From Selaginella moellendorffii (lineage: Eukaryota; Plantae; Lycopodiophyta): a stretch of DNA of 64,000 nt. A program made the position numbers and the translations under genes. The stretch is taken from positions 998,669-1,062,668 of the forward strand of contig NW_003314316.1 in assembly GCF_000143415.4 (NCBI RefSeq), read 5' to 3'. Below the pieces are notes generated by a model, which worked only from the letters and a program-made list of their open reading frames with translations, was not told the DNA's origin and ran no database searches. Position 1 is the first letter of the stretch. Every line of letters begins with the position of its first letter. This document shows positions 1 through 12,640 of this stretch, piece by piece.

Positions 1-687
1 ACTAGGTATCATGGCCTTCTTGGGCCAAATTGGCCTTTCCTAGCCAAACTGGCTCCACTGAGCTCCAACCCCCACACTCTCCTTACTATACTTTTGGAGC
101 CCCCCCCCCCCCCCCCCCTAGGGGACGATCGCTTTGGGCTTTCACCCAACTACCTGTATTAGTATTCGGACTCGGTCTCGGTCTCGGTCTCAGTCTCAGT
201 CTCGGTCCTGGTTCCATCTCAGACTCCATCTCGAGTCCATCTCGGACTCCATCTCGGGTCCATCTCGGACTCCATCTCGGACTCCATCTCGGACTCCATC
301 TCGGGTCCATCTCGGACTCCATCTTGAGTCCATCTTGGGTCCATCTCGGACACCGTCTCGGGTCCACCTTGGACTCCATCTCGGACTCCATCTCAGACTT
401 CGTCTCGGGTCCATCTTGGACTCCGTCTCAGATCCATCTTGGGTCCACCTCGGACACTTCCATGTGTCATGTTTTGGTCCTCTTGTGTCCCTTTTCTAGA
501 GGCTCACTCATTGCTTGCTTCGTGCTTGTTCCTTGAGCACTTCGTTGGGAGTTCCACTCCCGCTCTTGACCTTTCAAGTCGGAGTTTTTAGTCCAAACGT
601 GTTACGCTCGTTTGGTTTTCGCTTCGGCCACTACCACATGGCACCCCTCTAGCTCCACTTTGGGGCCTAGGGATTTTGTGTCTCACA
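1..687 (-). mobile_element. LTR of a second retrotransposon family (terminus TGTGAGAC), cut off by the window edge and inserted into gypsy RT
   Basis: Reverse complement matches the start of 41531-43255 (TGTGAGACA.AAA.TCCCTAGGCCCCAAAGTGGAGC). It interrupts the gypsy RT right after ...IRVADQD at 688. Confidence 0.75.
165..455. repeat. Tandem 6-bp (CTCGGT) and 12-bp (GGACTCCATCTC-type) repeats inside the LTR
   Basis: Directly visible; the same array lies in the opposite orientation at ~41765-42215. Confidence 0.9.
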
Positions 688-2940
688 ATCTTGATCTGCC
701 ACCCGTATCTAATGATAACTGGACCGCAAATCAAGTCGTGTAAAATACTTAGCCTTTAAGAGTTGGTCAAACAAGTCATCAATGCGAGGGAAAAAATAAC
801 TATTTTTGACCGTGATCTTGTTGAGTGCCTAATAGTCGATACACATCCTCATGGTTCCATCCTTTTTCATAACAAAAAGGACTAGTGCTCCATAGGGTGA
901 CTTGCTTGGTCGGATATGACCTTTGTCAAGAAGCTCCGTGAGTTGCTTCCTGAGTTCAGCCATCTCCTTGATGTTCAAACGATACGGAGCTTTCATAGGT
1001 GGTTTAGAACCCGGAATAACCTCAATCCGATGATCAACCTCACGGCTAGGAGGTAGCCTTGGTGGCAAATCCTTGGGGAAGATATCCTGATTCCTCGCCA
1101 ACAACTCCAATATCTTCTTTGGTACAGGATCAACCCCATCGCCGATTTGAATTAAGTCACCAACACTCTCAGCTTCCATCACTTAAACCCAAAAGGTCCA
1201 ACATCCCTTCTTAGTTGCTTTTTGAGCGGCCCTCGCAGTCAAGAACTTAGCATCCCAATCCTTTGAGGAACGCTTTGGCAACTGAAAAGACACATCGGGA
1301 CGTCCTTCTGACTTCAACATGATACGACTTTGTCTAGCACCATAAATCCTTTTTATATATTTGTTGAAGAAGTCCATACCAAAGACCATATGAAAATCTG
1401 GTATCTTCAACATTACCAAGTCCACTCTTTCTTTCCACTTGGATATTTTTATTGGAACATCACTCATAAACTTTCTAGCTACTTGCCCACCTTTCGCAAA
1501 CTGGAAGTGCATAGGTGACATTTGCTCAGCATTCAATCCTAACAACTTAACTAAGTCTTCAAATATCACGTTGTGCGTAGCTCCTATGTCAATCATCACT
1601 CGGATTTGGTGTCCGCAGACAAAGCCTACCAAAAACATCAATGGATCAGTGTTTGCATTAATTGCAAGAAAAACTTGAGGAAAGCAATGAAAGTAACTCA
1701 CCTCCTCTTCCTCATAGTCTGCATTGACCAACTCGTCAACCCCTTCAGCTTCACCACCACCGTCTTCCCTCATGACATTAACTTGAGACCTTGTCTTATG
1801 CTTGTTGGGATATTCTGAGGACTTATGTCCTGACTCTCCACAATGGAAGCAATGACCCACACTACCTGTTCCACTAGGAGCAGGTTTTGCAAGTTGTTGC
1901 TGCTTGTACCCACCAAGAGGAGGAACAGAGAGCCTACGACCAGAAGAAGTTGCTGGTGGTCTCCAACCACCACCACCTTTGTTAACTGTTGCTTGTAAGC
2001 CTCCAGGGCGGAATCTGCCTTCCACTTTCTGTTTCCGGTCACCTTGTTTATTCCCAGAATTTTTATTCTTATTCGAGTTACCAGCATATGGTTGCTGATA
2101 TTGTTCCATGAGTGAGTGACTAAAGGCAACTTGCTGTGCTGCCTCCTTACACTCCAGGTACGTCTTCGGCTTAAACTTCAAAATCTCATTGCGAGAAAGT
2201 GAACTTAAACCCTCCAGAAAATAACTCCGAGCGTCTTCGTCACTCATATTTGCAATCATTATGCGCTTTTGAGCAAACGCATTAACGTATGCATAAGGTC
2301 CCCTTGCTGCTTTAACCACCGCAGCTCCGCGCAAAGTCTCAGACCAAGTTCATCCAGCAAGTATTCCATACGGATACAAGACCGCATCTTGGTCCAACTT
2401 CTAGTCTGCCCTTTTTTAGCACACATCTAGCGCCACCAAGTTTTGGCATGATCGGTGAGAAAGGATTGCACGCACGCAACTTTCGTATGATCATCTACGT
2501 CTGCCATTATGAAATAGTTTTCCATATTGTAGACCCAGTCTTCCAAAACCTGATAGTCTCGCATGCCTCTGAAGTTGGGTGGTTTCGGAGGCTTGAACTT
2601 TGAAACTCATGCAACCGGGGGCGGTTGCAAACTTCATCGTCCTCAGAACTTGAGGAGGAATCCGGTTGCTTAGGCTTAGCTGGTTTAGCCGCCTCAGCCT
2701 CTTTCTTCCTCTTCTTGTTCTCCTTCTTCAATTTGCAAATCTCCCTTTGCAAATTCTCGATCTCAACTTCCTGAGCCATACGCTGCAGTGCCGCAGCATC
2801 GGGCTCTTCCTCTTCTGACTCGGCCTTAGCCTCTTTTGCAGCATCTCTAGCAGGAGTTTCCTCCTCTAGATTCGCCCATCTAGAGGTTTCAGTGTCATCA
2901 GCACGGTTCCTTTTCACCATCCCGCTAGTTGCATGCATGC
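688..2940 (-). pseudogene. gag-pol fragment (Ty3/gypsy) with stop codons
   Basis: ORFs 2507-3121, 1183-2334 and 829-1182 carry gag, aspartic protease and RT motifs. Confidence 0.85.
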
Positions 2941-3898
2941 CTCTATCAATAACTGAACATGCATACAACATTATTACCAAATGGTGCAATCCAACTAATC
3001 CTACACAGGTTGCTTTGGATCTACTAGAAAAGTCTCTGCGTATGCAAGTTGAGTTAGAAAATTTGACAAAAGTTGGATAGGAATCGCTAAGACAATTTCT
3101 CTGATACCAAATGTAGCGCACCTAAATTTGGTGCTGAACTCCAAGCCCGTTATGTTACAAAACAAGGGTCTGGTACAATCCTATGAGCACCAGCTCTCCG
3201 TATCCAACAGCTACACGCAAAATGGTGTCAGATGGAGTCTGGCACAATTTTAGCATACCGATGGTCTAACGCGAGGAGGAGGGTACCCCACCGACTAGAG
3301 CAGCATGGAGCTTGAGCTTAGCTAGACGCAGAACAAGGAGCAACACAGCCCAGCAGGAGCCAAACTAATGTCTCAGGTGGTCGGACATGCAATCTAAACT
3401 TACTAAATATGGAATGGTGCTAGATTGTGAATTTGGACACGGGATGAACACTATTGTGTTCAAGCCAATCTCTACATTACGTAAATATGCCAAATAAGCA
3501 AATCTAGACACTTTCCATAATTAACATTTGGGACTGAAATAAGACTAACACAAAGGGCATGATAGCGAGGGTGTTTGGCAGACACAGTAAGCTATCATTT
3601 AGCGAATATTGAGGGACTAGTCTCAATATCGCGGGGGTTCCCAACACTAGCAAGTGCAAGTCAACGAATGAATTTCTCTAACCAGGTTAAGTATGCTTGA
3701 CAAATAGCATATAGGAATTCCGTCCTTATGCTCAACTAATCAGGTGCACACGCAATGATCAGTTTCTCAACTAGGTTGAGTGGAGACCATAAAAGGGACC
3801 AACAGTACCAACCTCCTGCCATCGTAGCAGTAAGGAAAGAGTGTCCATAAAGATTGGTCGACAAATATCTTTTGATACCCAAAGTCACATTCGTGACA
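688..3898 (-). mobile_element. Ty3/gypsy retrotransposon, 5' half (5' LTR, PBS, gag, protease, RT N-terminus), degenerate
   Basis: LTR 3898-3112 (TGTCACGAATG...TGCGCTACA), then PBS TGGTATCAGAG (tRNA-iMet) at 3109-3099. Gag has a decayed zinc knuckle CFHCGESGH; protease VMIDIGATHN; RT start PSKSPYGALVLFVMKKDGTMRMCIDY. Stops are present. Confidence 0.9.
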
Positions 3899-4383
3899 CC
3901 ATTCACCTGTAAGGTTGTCTTTAAACATATATTCCAGAAGAAAACTCCAAGACGAGATCAAAACAAAAGCAATCTCTTGGAGAAAACAAAAGCTCTACAC
4001 GCTTAGATCTTAAAGGCTGGTCAGGTCTTTGTGGGGAGCTCGCTAGTGGATCTGGGGAACTAGGTGGAAGTTTGTGCTAGTTTTTTCAGAGGAAAGGCTT
4101 GGTTCTCAAACTTTTGTAGCTGCATTAAAGGCTTGCAGCAAATGCATATAGTGCCAAAGAGAAGATCGTTTTGCTGGTATAGCATGGTTGACTTTTTGCA
4201 CATGGATTGGACAAGTTTGCCCCTCAACTTTTCTTCTATCTACTATGAGTCAACATGTTCACTCAAGCTTAAAGAGGCAAAAGATCAAGTGTTTGACACT
4301 AAAGTTGGGAACCACCTCTAATGCCTTGGGCTGTGTAAGGAGCACTTTTTTGTATTTCCACATTATGATTTATGACAAGAGAG

Positions 4384-5513
4384 TGTCGCAAATGTGACTT
4401 CAGGTATCGAAAGTTACCTGTCGGCTAGTCCTTATGGACACTCTTTCCTTACTGCCACGATGGCAAGAGGTCGGTATTGCTGGACCCGTTATTAGTCTCT
4501 GCCTAAGCTAGTTGAGAAACTGGTCATCACATGTGCACTTAGACCGGAAGGGCACTAAGGAAGGAAATCTTAAGTTGTCATTTGTCAAACAGACTTGACA
4601 CGGTGATGATGCACTTGCTAGTGTTGGGAACCCCCGCGATATTGAGATTGGTCCCTCAATATTCGCTAAATGATAGCTTACCGTGTTTGCCAAACACCCT
4701 CGCTATCATGCCCTTAGCATTAGTCTCAATTCAGTCGCAAGTGCTATTTATGGAAAGTGTCCAGATTTGCTCATTTGGCATATCTACGGAATGTAGAGAT
4801 CGGCCTGAACACAATGGTGTTCATCCCGTGTCCAAATTCGCAATCTAACGCTATTCCATATTTAGTAAGTTTCGGACTTATCCCAGAGACTAACTCTTGA
4901 TACTAAAGGAGGCTTGGGGTGAAAGCCCAAAGCATGTGTTCCTCAAGGGGGGGGGGGGGCTATGGGGGGTTTCAAATGTATAGTAGGGATAGTGGGTAGA
5001 TCGGGCATGGCCGACCAACCTGAGGCATAGTCTAGCTCCTACTTGCGTGCTTGTCCTTGTTTTGCGTCCGGCTTGGGTCTAAGCCCACGTTAGGCCACCG
5101 GTATGCCGAAATAGCGCCAAACTCTGTTTGGCTCCGTTTTGCGTGCTAGTCCTGGCATTGGGATGCTAGTTACTCTAGGACTGTTCCAAGTCGCTCCGGG
5201 TTCCTGTCCCTTCGCTCCTTGGGCTTTATGCTCCAGAGTTGCTCCTTGGGCTTTATGCTCCAGAGTTGCTCCTTGGGCTTTATGCTCCAGAGTTGCTCCG
5301 TGGTTCGATTCCATCACTCCTTGGCTCCACGCTTGGGAGTTTGGCACCATTCCTTCGTTCAATGGCCCAAGGCCCTGAACCTCGGGTTCTGCACCACTGT
5401 CCTATGGACACGTGGCATTGACACGTGGCATAAAGAGGGTTTAGGTTCCGCTTCGTGGTGTGATCCTATGGTAAACCACTATAGGATAAAGGGTAAAAAC
5501 CACGTGCGCTACA
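4384..5513 (+). mobile_element. 5' LTR of a gypsy-derived non-autonomous (LARD-like) element
   Basis: TGTCGCAAATGTGAC...GTGCGCTACA followed by PBS TGGTATCAGAG (5516-5526). Homologous to 46284-47427; contains a 27-bp tandem repeat x3 at ~5213-5300. Confidence 0.85.
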
Positions 5514-6582
5514 TTTGGTATCAGAGGATGAGTCTCAGCCAATGAGATTGGGCAACTAGTCTCGTTGCATACACAGAAATGAAAACAATGATCCGAGTGG
5601 GTACACGTTTGGGTGCAAAAGGCTTCGCAATCGTTCCTTAGGTATGAATTTGGTTACCTTTTTGTACCATAATAATGTGAGCTTGCTCTTGGGCTCATAA
5701 GAGGGATTGAGTTGGCAAGATGGATTTGAGGTGTACCATTTTGCACGAGTTTGCGCTTGGGCTCGTGAGTGAGGCACATTAGCAACTCGAGGTTACACTT
5801 TGAGTTCGCAGGATTAATGTTAGCCTATCGGTGGTTCCATAAGTTGTTCCTTGTACCGTGGGTGAAAGCAAACCTCCTTGGGTTTGCTGTGAGTAGCAAA
5901 AGGCTAGTCTGTAGCTGTTTAGCACGGCACTAGTGGATCCTTCCTAGGCATGATTATAAGTGAATCAATCAAGACTGTAGGGATGAGTCAATTGATTCAA
6001 GTACTCATTGCCGTGCTCTCCCATAAACTTTTCTTGGATTGGACTGAAGGCAGTGCAAAAGCAAGCTTGAGGTTTAGTCAAAGATGAGACCGAAAAGAGA
6101 GTTGTCAGGGACGAAGGATCAAATACGTAAATCGTCTTTTAAGCTCTATTTCGTTAAAGTGGGAATTGTTATTATCCCACTTGTAAAATAAGGTTTCCAA
6201 ACCTTTATATAGTATATAAATATAACAAAATTCAACTGCATTGAGGCACATGCCATTTTATTTTAAACAAGGAAATGTCTACTCAATCACTTCTCCTCCC
6301 CCTGCCACTGCTTCACCTCTCTCTTCTCCTTGTCATCGTCGTCCAATTTCTTTCCATCCTTTTAATATTGGCTCAGTTGCTGCGAGTTTAGGTGGAGCCC
6401 AAGTCCCCATTCAATCTTTACTTTCCCCTTATTAATAAAACAACTTCGTAGACTTCCAATAACATGCTATAACACTTCTAGTATAATGCAAATCCTCTCA
6501 AAGAATTGTCTTTTAATATTAATACAATAGCATGGAACCCCATGCCATAATAAGTTACATTTTTAAATAAATACATGCCATC

Positions 6583-9500
6583 TTATACTGTTATTTTTTG
6601 CCTCCAACGCTTATACAATAATCTTGGAATTTCATCACTCTCCACACTATCAGGATTTAAACCCAATAGTAATGCCATCTTTTCTCTAATACGTCCATGC
6701 TCATGTTCAATGGTCGAAGAACCCATCCGGTTGAGCAGATTATGGAGATGCGGATAGTGCTTGGCTAGACAATATACATGCCATAAATGATGGCTGGTGT
6801 CTGTCTGATCAAATGGCTTCTGATATACCGTTCCATCTGCCATTTGGTTGATTTTTGCAGCCACCTCCTGGACTGGCCGGTTCTCTATCACCATCGCTCC
6901 AAGCCGTTTTGCAAGGTCCCCCAGAACATACGGTTTCTTCTCCTTAGTTTCCATACTGCAAGAGATGGGGTGCACTGCATATATGTGCGTGTTCGCTGCA
7001 GTTTTAATCGGCGAGTCATCGATGATGAGGATTTCACTTGACCTAGCAGTCCGGTTCATCACTAAAGCCTCTGGCTTGACGAAGATGGGCTTGCTACCCC
7101 TCACATGGACCATAGTCAAGCAATCCTCCTGCGTTAGGAGAAAGTCAAATGGTAATATTACTCGTGTTTGATCGTGCATCATCTGTAGCAACGTTAATGC
7201 ATTGTGGCGCATCATGGATGTCCAAACTCCCAATTGCAAATTGAACCTAGCCCTCTGTTTTAAGTGTAGCATGGTCATTATTAGATCTCGCAGTTTCTCC
7301 CATGTGATTAATGTGAATTTGTCTCTTTTGACCAACTTGCGACCGCAGGCTTTGGAGGGTGCAGTGACATTCGAGGACGAACCACGCTCATGGGAGAAAA
7401 GGACACCATTTAGATCAAAAACGATACAGTACCTTCGCCGTGACTCTGAAATGAAATGCGTCAGCATAAAACGTGGTACAAGTCAATTTTACCATCTACA
7501 ATATTAGCGAATGGTGCTCCCGATGGTCGTTGAGAGGGTTTTGGTCGAGGAAACGTGAAGGGCGGAAATACTCTCCTCTGCAATATGGGGTCAATCGCAT
7601 CCGATGGCGTGTGGGCACATGCCATTTCAGCTGTAGACTCTGGTACAACTGGCTCAACAGTGGCATGGGGTGGTTCCGATGGCGTGTGATCACACGCCAT
7701 TTCAACTGGTGCCTCCGTTGGCAAAGTGGACATGACCGAACAGGCAGCAGGGGCGGTGTAGGGAGGTTCCAACGGCGCGTAGTCAGACGATTGGGCACAC
7801 GTTGAGTCCGTTGGAAATGAGGATATGACCGGCTCGGCGGCTGGGGCGGCCTCATGCGGGTCCAATGGCACCTGGTCACCGTCAGTTGGATACGTGGACA
7901 AGATTAACTCAGTGGTATAGGCAGCATCAAGTGGAGCGTGGTCAGCTTGCTTGGCGTTGATATGGATAGTAGCCTCCACCAGCTCTGATGACTCTTGCAG
8001 GCAAGTAGAGTCCACTGGCGGATCCATATGCATGTCCAAATATCTCCCTTCGATTGAGATGGTATCCTCCCTACTGGCTACTAAAAACAAACTCATTAGC
8101 ACATTGAATCGACTATACTATATTTACCATCAACTGCTATTGAGGAAATAGGACCGATATCACTTGGGCGCACTGCTGATTCTGAAGGATTGGACATACG
8201 TTTCGACCCTTGCTTGGCACTATCCTTCCTCGACACTAAAGGCTAGAGTTTGTATCTTAATTCAACTGAATAATCTCTACTTACCATTTGCTCTGCGACC
8301 TACATGGACAATGTTAGAAATGGTAAAAGGTTAGGAATGGATGTACTATTATTTACCTGATGGTTTGTCTTGTATGACCTTCCTCCGCTGCTCTTTGGCC
8401 ACCTCAGGCTGGCCATTGTCGTCATCATCGTCGTCGTCGTTATTGTGATCATCACCATTGTGAGGACCATCCAAGTCCTCTTCGTCCTCCTCTTCTTCGT
8501 CCTCCTCTTCTTCGTCCTCCTCTTCTTTGTCCTCCTCTTCGTCCTTCTGCTCTTCCTGCTCATTATCTTTCTCTGGCTCCTCATCCCCCTCCTGCATTTC
8601 TTCCATAGGCTGCTCAGGCTGGATGGCTTGTTCTTCCAGGACCATCTTGGGAAAATCATCTGGCCGAGTCTCCATCTCAAAATACAAGACATCCATAGCC
8701 TGTTTTAGTGCGTGACCTAGGACCGTATCCTCACTCGACTGTCTTAACATGGTTTCTGCACGTTCTTGCACCCTTTGAAGACGACGAGATGAGAAAAACG
8801 TAGCCCTGACTTGAAAAGCATCCCTCATCCATTGTACCTCTCCATTGAGATTGGGGAAGGGGAGTCCGCTATAGGAATCTGAGTCAGGAGGTGGTGACTG
8901 GCTGCTTTCACTCAGCCCTTGATCTGCAATGAATGGCATGAGCACACACGCCATAACCGCGAGGCATTACCTATCATATTTTCGTTGCCCTTCTTCCTTT
9001 TCGAATCAAACGCCTCTGATCCCGACGACTGTCCAACGTGCTTTCGCTTTTTATGACCACTGTCAGTTTGAGCTTGGCTGGTGCTTGCCTGTTTTGCCTT
9101 TGAAGAAGTGTCTCCTGCAAGGAATGGCATGAGACCACACGCCATTGCAAATATAATTTGTACCTCCTTTTTTCCTATTGCTTGTCTGTTTGTCCTTCTT
9201 CGACGCGCCACCAGTGCGCTTTTCAGTCCTCGTGTCTGAATATTCACAACGATCTATAATCAAAATGGCGTGAGGCCTCACGTGACCTTACCTTGTGCAG
9301 GTTGTGAGCTCGGCCCAACATGGGTATCTTCAACAGTAGCTGTTAACGCCGTTTCAGCATCTGGGGGTGGCCACGCTCCTGCATACAGAGCTTGTGAGAT
9401 AACATTTAAACTTAAAGTGCGTACTCACCAGGTTCGCAGAGAAGATACTGTTTTTCTTTGGCAACTGTAATTATATGCTCCATTGAAGTCACCTCTTCAA

Positions 9501-12227
9501 TGGAGTTTGTCACCGCAACACACGGGACACCCTTGAGTAGTGCAGCTCGAAAGAATAGTCCACCGCAGTTGTACTCGACAACGCATTTGCCCTTAGAGTC
9601 GGAAGCAAGTGACCCACCCGCTATTGCGTTGAAGACCCAGCTGAGCATTTCCCAGGCTGCACCTGGAGCTTTCTCTGGATTCGAAAGCTCCATAGCCGTC
9701 TTCAGTTCCTCAGGCACGAGTAAATTGACCTCCCTCAGATCAATTCGATCGGCCTTGTCGAACGAAGCTGGGAAGTCACTCCAGTCCCACTCTACTGCAG
9801 GACCAATAACAAGGGCGAGTGTGAAGATGCGGACATTCGTCGGTATCTTCTTCTTAGCCATTATCCCATGGATCTCCCGCATCTCCTTGCCTTTCAACCG
9901 AGCCTTCACCTCGTTCAAGGCCTTCCAGAACTTGTGATAGGATTCAGAGTCGTAGATCATATAGTGGACTGAAGATTTCACCTCCGCAAGTCCCACCATT
10001 AAGTCAATGATGGAGCTGACTTCGTCTGCATGAGTGATCTCCTCGTTTGTGAAGTCCATCACACAAAAGATGTTCTTGACCTGCTCATCTCCGCGGGAAA
10101 CGATGCTCCTCCACCTTTGATCCTCATCCGAATTCACGTATACCCGGTAAGGTTCTCGATAGGCCTCTGCTGCGGGGTCGAGCTGTTTCTGAAGCCGGCA
10201 GTCGACATCCCTCTTAATGAAATTTGGATACTGATCCAACTTCTCAGCTTTACTTTTCGTGGCATCCCGCAGCAGATCGATGAACTTGGGGGCCCCCTTC
10301 ATGTACTCGTCGATGTCTTCATTTGACAACTCCAACTCTTCCATCATCTCTTGCGTGGTGTCGATGCTCACCCTCTCCACGGCCACTTGCTCGAAGATCC
10401 AATCCTTCAATAGCGCACGAGCTCTCAGAGTCGTGCACAAGTCCTCGTATGTCACAATATGGCCGGGAGTCATTTTGGTCTTGTTGAAGACTACCTCACC
10501 ACGTAGAAGAGCATTAGCCACTGTCAGAAGGTCGTCGTCGTCTAGAGACCGCGAGAAATGCAAGGCGTTGAGCTTCAAATCATTGAGCTTCCGGCCGTCC
10601 TCCACACCCATTGAGTTTAGCAACTCCCCATCACGGTACCTCCTCAACACATCTACCCATTTGTCAAAAACAACTTTTGTCGCGAGTAGAATGTTATGGA
10701 TGCTGAGTGTGTCATTGACCCCCAATGTTTTCGAGAGAAGACTCGAGAATTCCTGCAATGGAAATGGCGTGAGGCCACATGCTATGCCACATGCAACGAG
10801 GCTTACCTGCCAAGCGCTAGTTGCTAATGCACGTCATTGTCCTAGTTTTTGTGGCTTCTTCAGTTGAACCCAGAGCTTCCGTGTTCGTGCCAATGTCTCA
10901 TGCAGACCCGATTTGTAGCACGTTTCTTGCTTGACATTCTGCGTGTGGGAGATGTATATGATAGATCGGAGGGGCGAGTTGCCTTTTATCAGGCGGACAA
11001 CTCTTGTCTTGAAGACTTTCTTCACCTCCTCGCCCACCATAATATCCACAACTATCTCTTGCATCGCCAAACTAGAATGCTGCCCGGAGACGGCATAGAA
11101 CCGGATGTTCTGATCGTCCAACACCTTCCTATTGATCAAGTCTGGAAACCTCGTCTCGCCCTTCATTGTTCGGTAGTAGGGGATCACGTCTGCGATGTCG
11201 GGTGTTACTGGACTTGCCAGCATCTTCTGCTTCAGTTTCTCCACCCACTCATCAGATACTAGCCTGTGGTTGTATTTGCTTTGGATGTCGATACGGCTCA
11301 CGTCGATTGTATATACTTTGTTGGAATAGTAACAAGTACTATTATCTGCGACGATTTTTGCTGCCTCTTCTTGCTCTTTCTGCTCTTTGCGGCTCTTCTT
11401 TTTGGTGGGTGTAGTGTTCGAACCCGAGGCAATGGCATCACCGAGTAGCTTCTTTTTTGGAGCAGGAGAGTCGGACGTCGGCTTGAGCTTGACCACCCTT
11501 TTCTGCTTCGGGGTAGTTTCCAGATCGACCCCCTTCCCCTTCGCTTCGCGAACTGGAGGCACTCTCAACGGCTCAATGTTGGAATATAGTTTTTGAACAT
11601 CGCTGTAGGTGAGGTCCGTGGATTCCATGTGATCTTCATAGACCCGCAGCGTCTTTGAAATTGTGGGCCTCCTGGACAACCTCTCCCTAGCTCCCTCTAG
11701 GAATTCCTCATAGCCGCTGCCCCCCTCCGGGAAGCCGCTAGGATGTGCAAGGTGGATCTTGAAGGCGGACGCTGTCTCTACCACAAGTGCCAGTCCATAT
11801 TCTTGCATGGAACTGCATGGAGTGTCTGTCACTTGGATGAGGATCCCCATGCATTCTTTTCTCCCACCATCTGTGTTGTACAGCCTCAGATCCTCGCCTT
11901 CCATCCCGAAAGTCCAACTGGTGAGCTCCTCCCCCTTCTCTGCATCCACATTGACAGTGGCTGGAAGAAGAACGCAATTCCTCGCCTGTTCAGAAATGCA
12001 CAACAATTAGAGCTGACAGATGAAAAGCTAGCAGCTGGAAATAACGTGAGGCCACACGCCATTCACCACTGCATCAGATGTCTTGAGGCTGCATCCTAAG
12101 ATGGCATGAGGCTACACGCCATCTGTAACCGGACTGCACTCAAGAGCCCAATCGGTGCATGCCAATGTTGCTACTGAATGGCATGTGGCCTCATGCCATT
12201 TTCTACTTGGCCTAAAAGACTTACCAT
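6583..12227 (-). CDS. Transposon cargo gene, 11 predicted exons, ~1649 aa: ParB-like + degenerate N4/N6 DNA MTase-like + acidic linker + FCP1/NIF-like HAD domain (one nonsense codon at 10834-10836 in this copy)
   Basis: Exons 12227-12225, 11985-10807, 10752-9429, 9378-9292, 9235-9164, 9114-8971, 8923-8357, 8299-8285, 8235-8128, 8080-7493, 7445-6583. All introns are GT-AG and phase-consistent; total 4950 nt. Motifs: IDVSRIDIQSKYNHR...FYAVSGQHSSLAM (ParB-like); CIVFDLNGVL, VWTS and LIIDDSPIK (FCP1-like HAD). Confidence 0.72.
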
Positions 12228-12640
12228 TTGAAGCCGAATGGAGGCCGTGACAATCAAGGCCAGACTCGCTGGCGAATGTGCACTGTGTGTGCAGCGGATC
12301 GTAGCAGCAAGGCTACTCTGCCACTTACAGTTGGAGAGTGGCGCTGAAATCTCCCGGGATGCCAAGTGGGCTGCGTGTGGGTGGCGGAGTGGGCGGCGGA
12401 GTTGGCGGCAAAGTTACAAACTGAAGTGGACGCCGATGCACACGAGTGCGATGCGAGCGCGAGTGTGATGCAAGCGCGAGTGGACGCCAATGCACACGAG
12501 AAACCTGTAGAGAAGGTAGATGAGCGCGAATGTGAGCGTGATCGCGAGTGGGAGCGCGATGCGAGCGCGAGTACGATGCAAAACCTAACCTCACACGCGC
12601 GAAATGTCACGACGGTTGGTAATCCCGCCACGTCATCATT

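Noticed and set aside
30-536. Several 70-220 aa ORFs rich in SRTP/GLHL/SISD (also 41548-42334)
   Set aside because: Artefacts of stop-free 6- and 12-bp tandem repeats inside an LTR.
9458-11262. Plus-strand ORFs overlapping the cargo gene, and minus-strand ORFs over the transposase and copia
   Set aside because: Antisense shadows of real coding sequence with no motifs of their own.
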